Part shown: positions 60,001 to 60,244 of the stretch, one piece after another | Numbering within the stretch: the stretch's first letter is position 1 | Layout: each line of letters starts with the position of its first letter | NCBI GenBank assembly: GCA_003647765.1 | Contig: QMNM01000001.1 | Location: 1-60,244 of the forward strand | From: Candidatus Cloacimonadota bacterium | Lineage (GTDB): Bacteria; Cloacimonadota; Cloacimonadia; JGIOTU-2; B8-G9 | Length of the DNA: 60,244 bases | Direction of reading: 5' to 3' | Notes under the pieces: generated by a model | Told to the model about the DNA's origin: nothing | Databases searched by the model: none | The model's input: the letters and a program-made list of their open reading frames with translations, nothing else | Made by a program: the position numbers and the translations under genes

Positions 60001-60244
60001 ATATAGATTTGAAGGAATTAAAGAAGGTTGCTGTTTTTAAGGAGATAGGGAAGAAGGCAAAGCAGGAATCTGCGGAGATTAGGGAAAGGGTAGATGAAGT
60101 TGAGGAGATTCTTTCTGAAGTAGAGAAAAGAGAAGAAGATATATTGAAGTGGCTGGATGATAACACTGAATCCTTACCTGAAGATTCTTTTCATCCTGAA
60201 CTTATACCTGATTATACTCCGATTCCTTCCAAGCCTGTTTTGAA
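57084..60244 (+). CDS. Giant virion/ejection, polyvalent-like protein, N-terminal part. It runs off the window end and continues at base 1.
   Basis: The ATG at 57084 follows TAGGAG. I translated the whole stretch by hand and found no stop. It is absent from the ORF track because it has no stop inside the window. Confidence 0.8.
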   Translation, partial: MAEKKQVLPTIDDQYVEFLTRRMLGLPLTGQLNLPKEKDLLKVQSQGQTALPVSVPTMQVPQAPSVPIQTQQEEGWLPVLGKAVARGLATPVIGATGAISALGERLGFDTSKIQKWANELSNLLAPKVGKNKAKAYAYGIIDSTINSITQFLLSRFTRVPLLPMFGITSGGEKFLQARAEGYPYEKAIKTAVPTGLSEALTEMIPFHSLTKTMKKSIIKGVVELFGGELVGENLNTIVENISDQLALGKHKTWSEFLQDLVDTTITTLGQTALTAGLGAGVHRLARRVEKKAKAIEQPAPEVPPQPQPAPATSPYELLTALPQKPEQVSAGVASIYDRIADRLEGKQKERARKHASVLRDISQKKVPAVEDIKEVREDISKSERLPKSVKNILVKHLDSLIKQAEEKKKKELIPKETKPEVKEEKPKPKEEKPKEEVKTEEKIENVFTQPEEEKLTDEEIKILKDRGFTDNQIKKLLPEEGRRLIKENLAPEQVSVLPNGKVKVIEKKKEVSVPEKEEAKEKEPWQLTKKEWESLLEKDLTPEEANKFFPKKRIDKYRIYHKKYGEKVVPTYKRIDKKTKGTFEINKYILQSEPDLIDVIRRWHVEQALKEGKPVPEEVLKEFPDLVKEEKKPEKTKPLFEGVDNYRLTSKGHELRVVRAGEALSHPDRKGTWFVVEKYKGQIPPYATSPITKGGVAGVGGKEIWRTSVTLRNPYLFEIPEDIKSEGEIPLALYKEVTGKEPPKRGLKGKNAEKRFAKLESEIADTLRKKGYDGVILYQRVGENTYPDQVFVFRDTEAHKELEKSLEKKSEAKEKETKKELIPAEKKEQKKETKQELIPTEEKKEKKEQKKKELIPSAEEVKKAKPVSKISFEYGKTKSQMKVRHEVYGELPFFIKRGFKGWKLYGERAVKLKNGRVVIVRQLRAQGLKSVEDVRKKIQSFIDEGEPVIIADKDVLKERPLEDISGKVIRPEDIDLKELKKVAVFKEIGKKAKQESAEIRERVDEVEEILSEVEKREEDILKWLDDNTESLPEDSFHPELIPDYTPIPSKPVL
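58412..58425. repeat. Palindrome, perfect copy, inside the giant ORF.
   Basis: Read as E-N-V-F. Confidence 0.95.
60122..60244. repeat. Terminal direct repeat copy B, identical to 1-123.
   Basis: Same 123 bases as the window start, and in the same reading frame as the giant ORF. Confidence 0.95.

Noticed and set aside
58169-60166. Minus-strand ORFs (58169, 58496, 58763, 59477, 59511, 59897) encoding S/F/L-rich proteins.
   Set aside because: They are antisense shadows of the K/E-rich N-terminal part of the giant plus-strand ORF.
1-60244. A search by eye for tRNA/rRNA genes, integrase/excisionase, CI-like repressor, reverse transcriptase, toxin-antitoxin pairs, and tail sheath, tube or tape-measure genes.
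   Set aside because: None was recognisable. The absence of lysogeny genes and of sheath or tape-measure genes is why I describe the phage as probably lytic and podovirus-like. This is negative evidence from unaided reading only.

Overview
The window is a complete, circularly closed genome of an AT-rich tailed dsDNA phage. Bases 1-123 are identical to 60122-60244, so the unit length is 60,121 bp. No tRNA, rRNA, integrase or CRISPR array was recognised. The host is probably a thermophilic bacterium; this is inference from K/E/I/Y-rich proteins, strong AGGAGG-type SDs, two terminase inteins and a DUF1874-like gene.

There are four transcription blocks:
1. Leftward replication/recombination block (22044 to 5289). 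It holds a UDG4-exonuclease-PolA fusion, a C5-methyltransferase, three PD-(D/E)XK nucleases including a Cas4-like one, a RecA-like protein, an SF2 helicase, an SSB, a DnaG-like primase and a DnaB-like helicase. It also holds a Ycf46-like AAA+ / DUF1874-like / DUF2997-like / DUF1257-like cluster.
2. Rightward block (22200 to 26526) with terS and small cassette-like genes.
3. Leftward block (31414 to 27050) with small basic proteins, a RAMP/Cas6-like protein, a roughly 600-bp G-depleted non-coding island, an M15 endolysin, a dUTPase, a DUF1653 protein and a P-loop kinase-like protein.
4. Rightward structural block (32309, across the junction, to 5302). It holds an HTH regulator, terL with two inteins, portal, fibres, scaffold, major capsid protein, tail and internal proteins. 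It ends in a 2,779-codon ORF that crosses the assembly junction.

The most unusual signals are:
- A 14-bp palindrome, TGAAAACGTTTTCA, present 25 times. It sits at gene boundaries and also inside unrelated CDSs, and every degenerate copy is mutated at the central CpG.
- Three tandem roughly 65-nt hairpins with covarying stems.
- About 15 tandem 17-bp units.
- The G-poor repeat island adjacent to the Cas6-like gene.

All family assignments are by-eye motif recognition. No database search was run.
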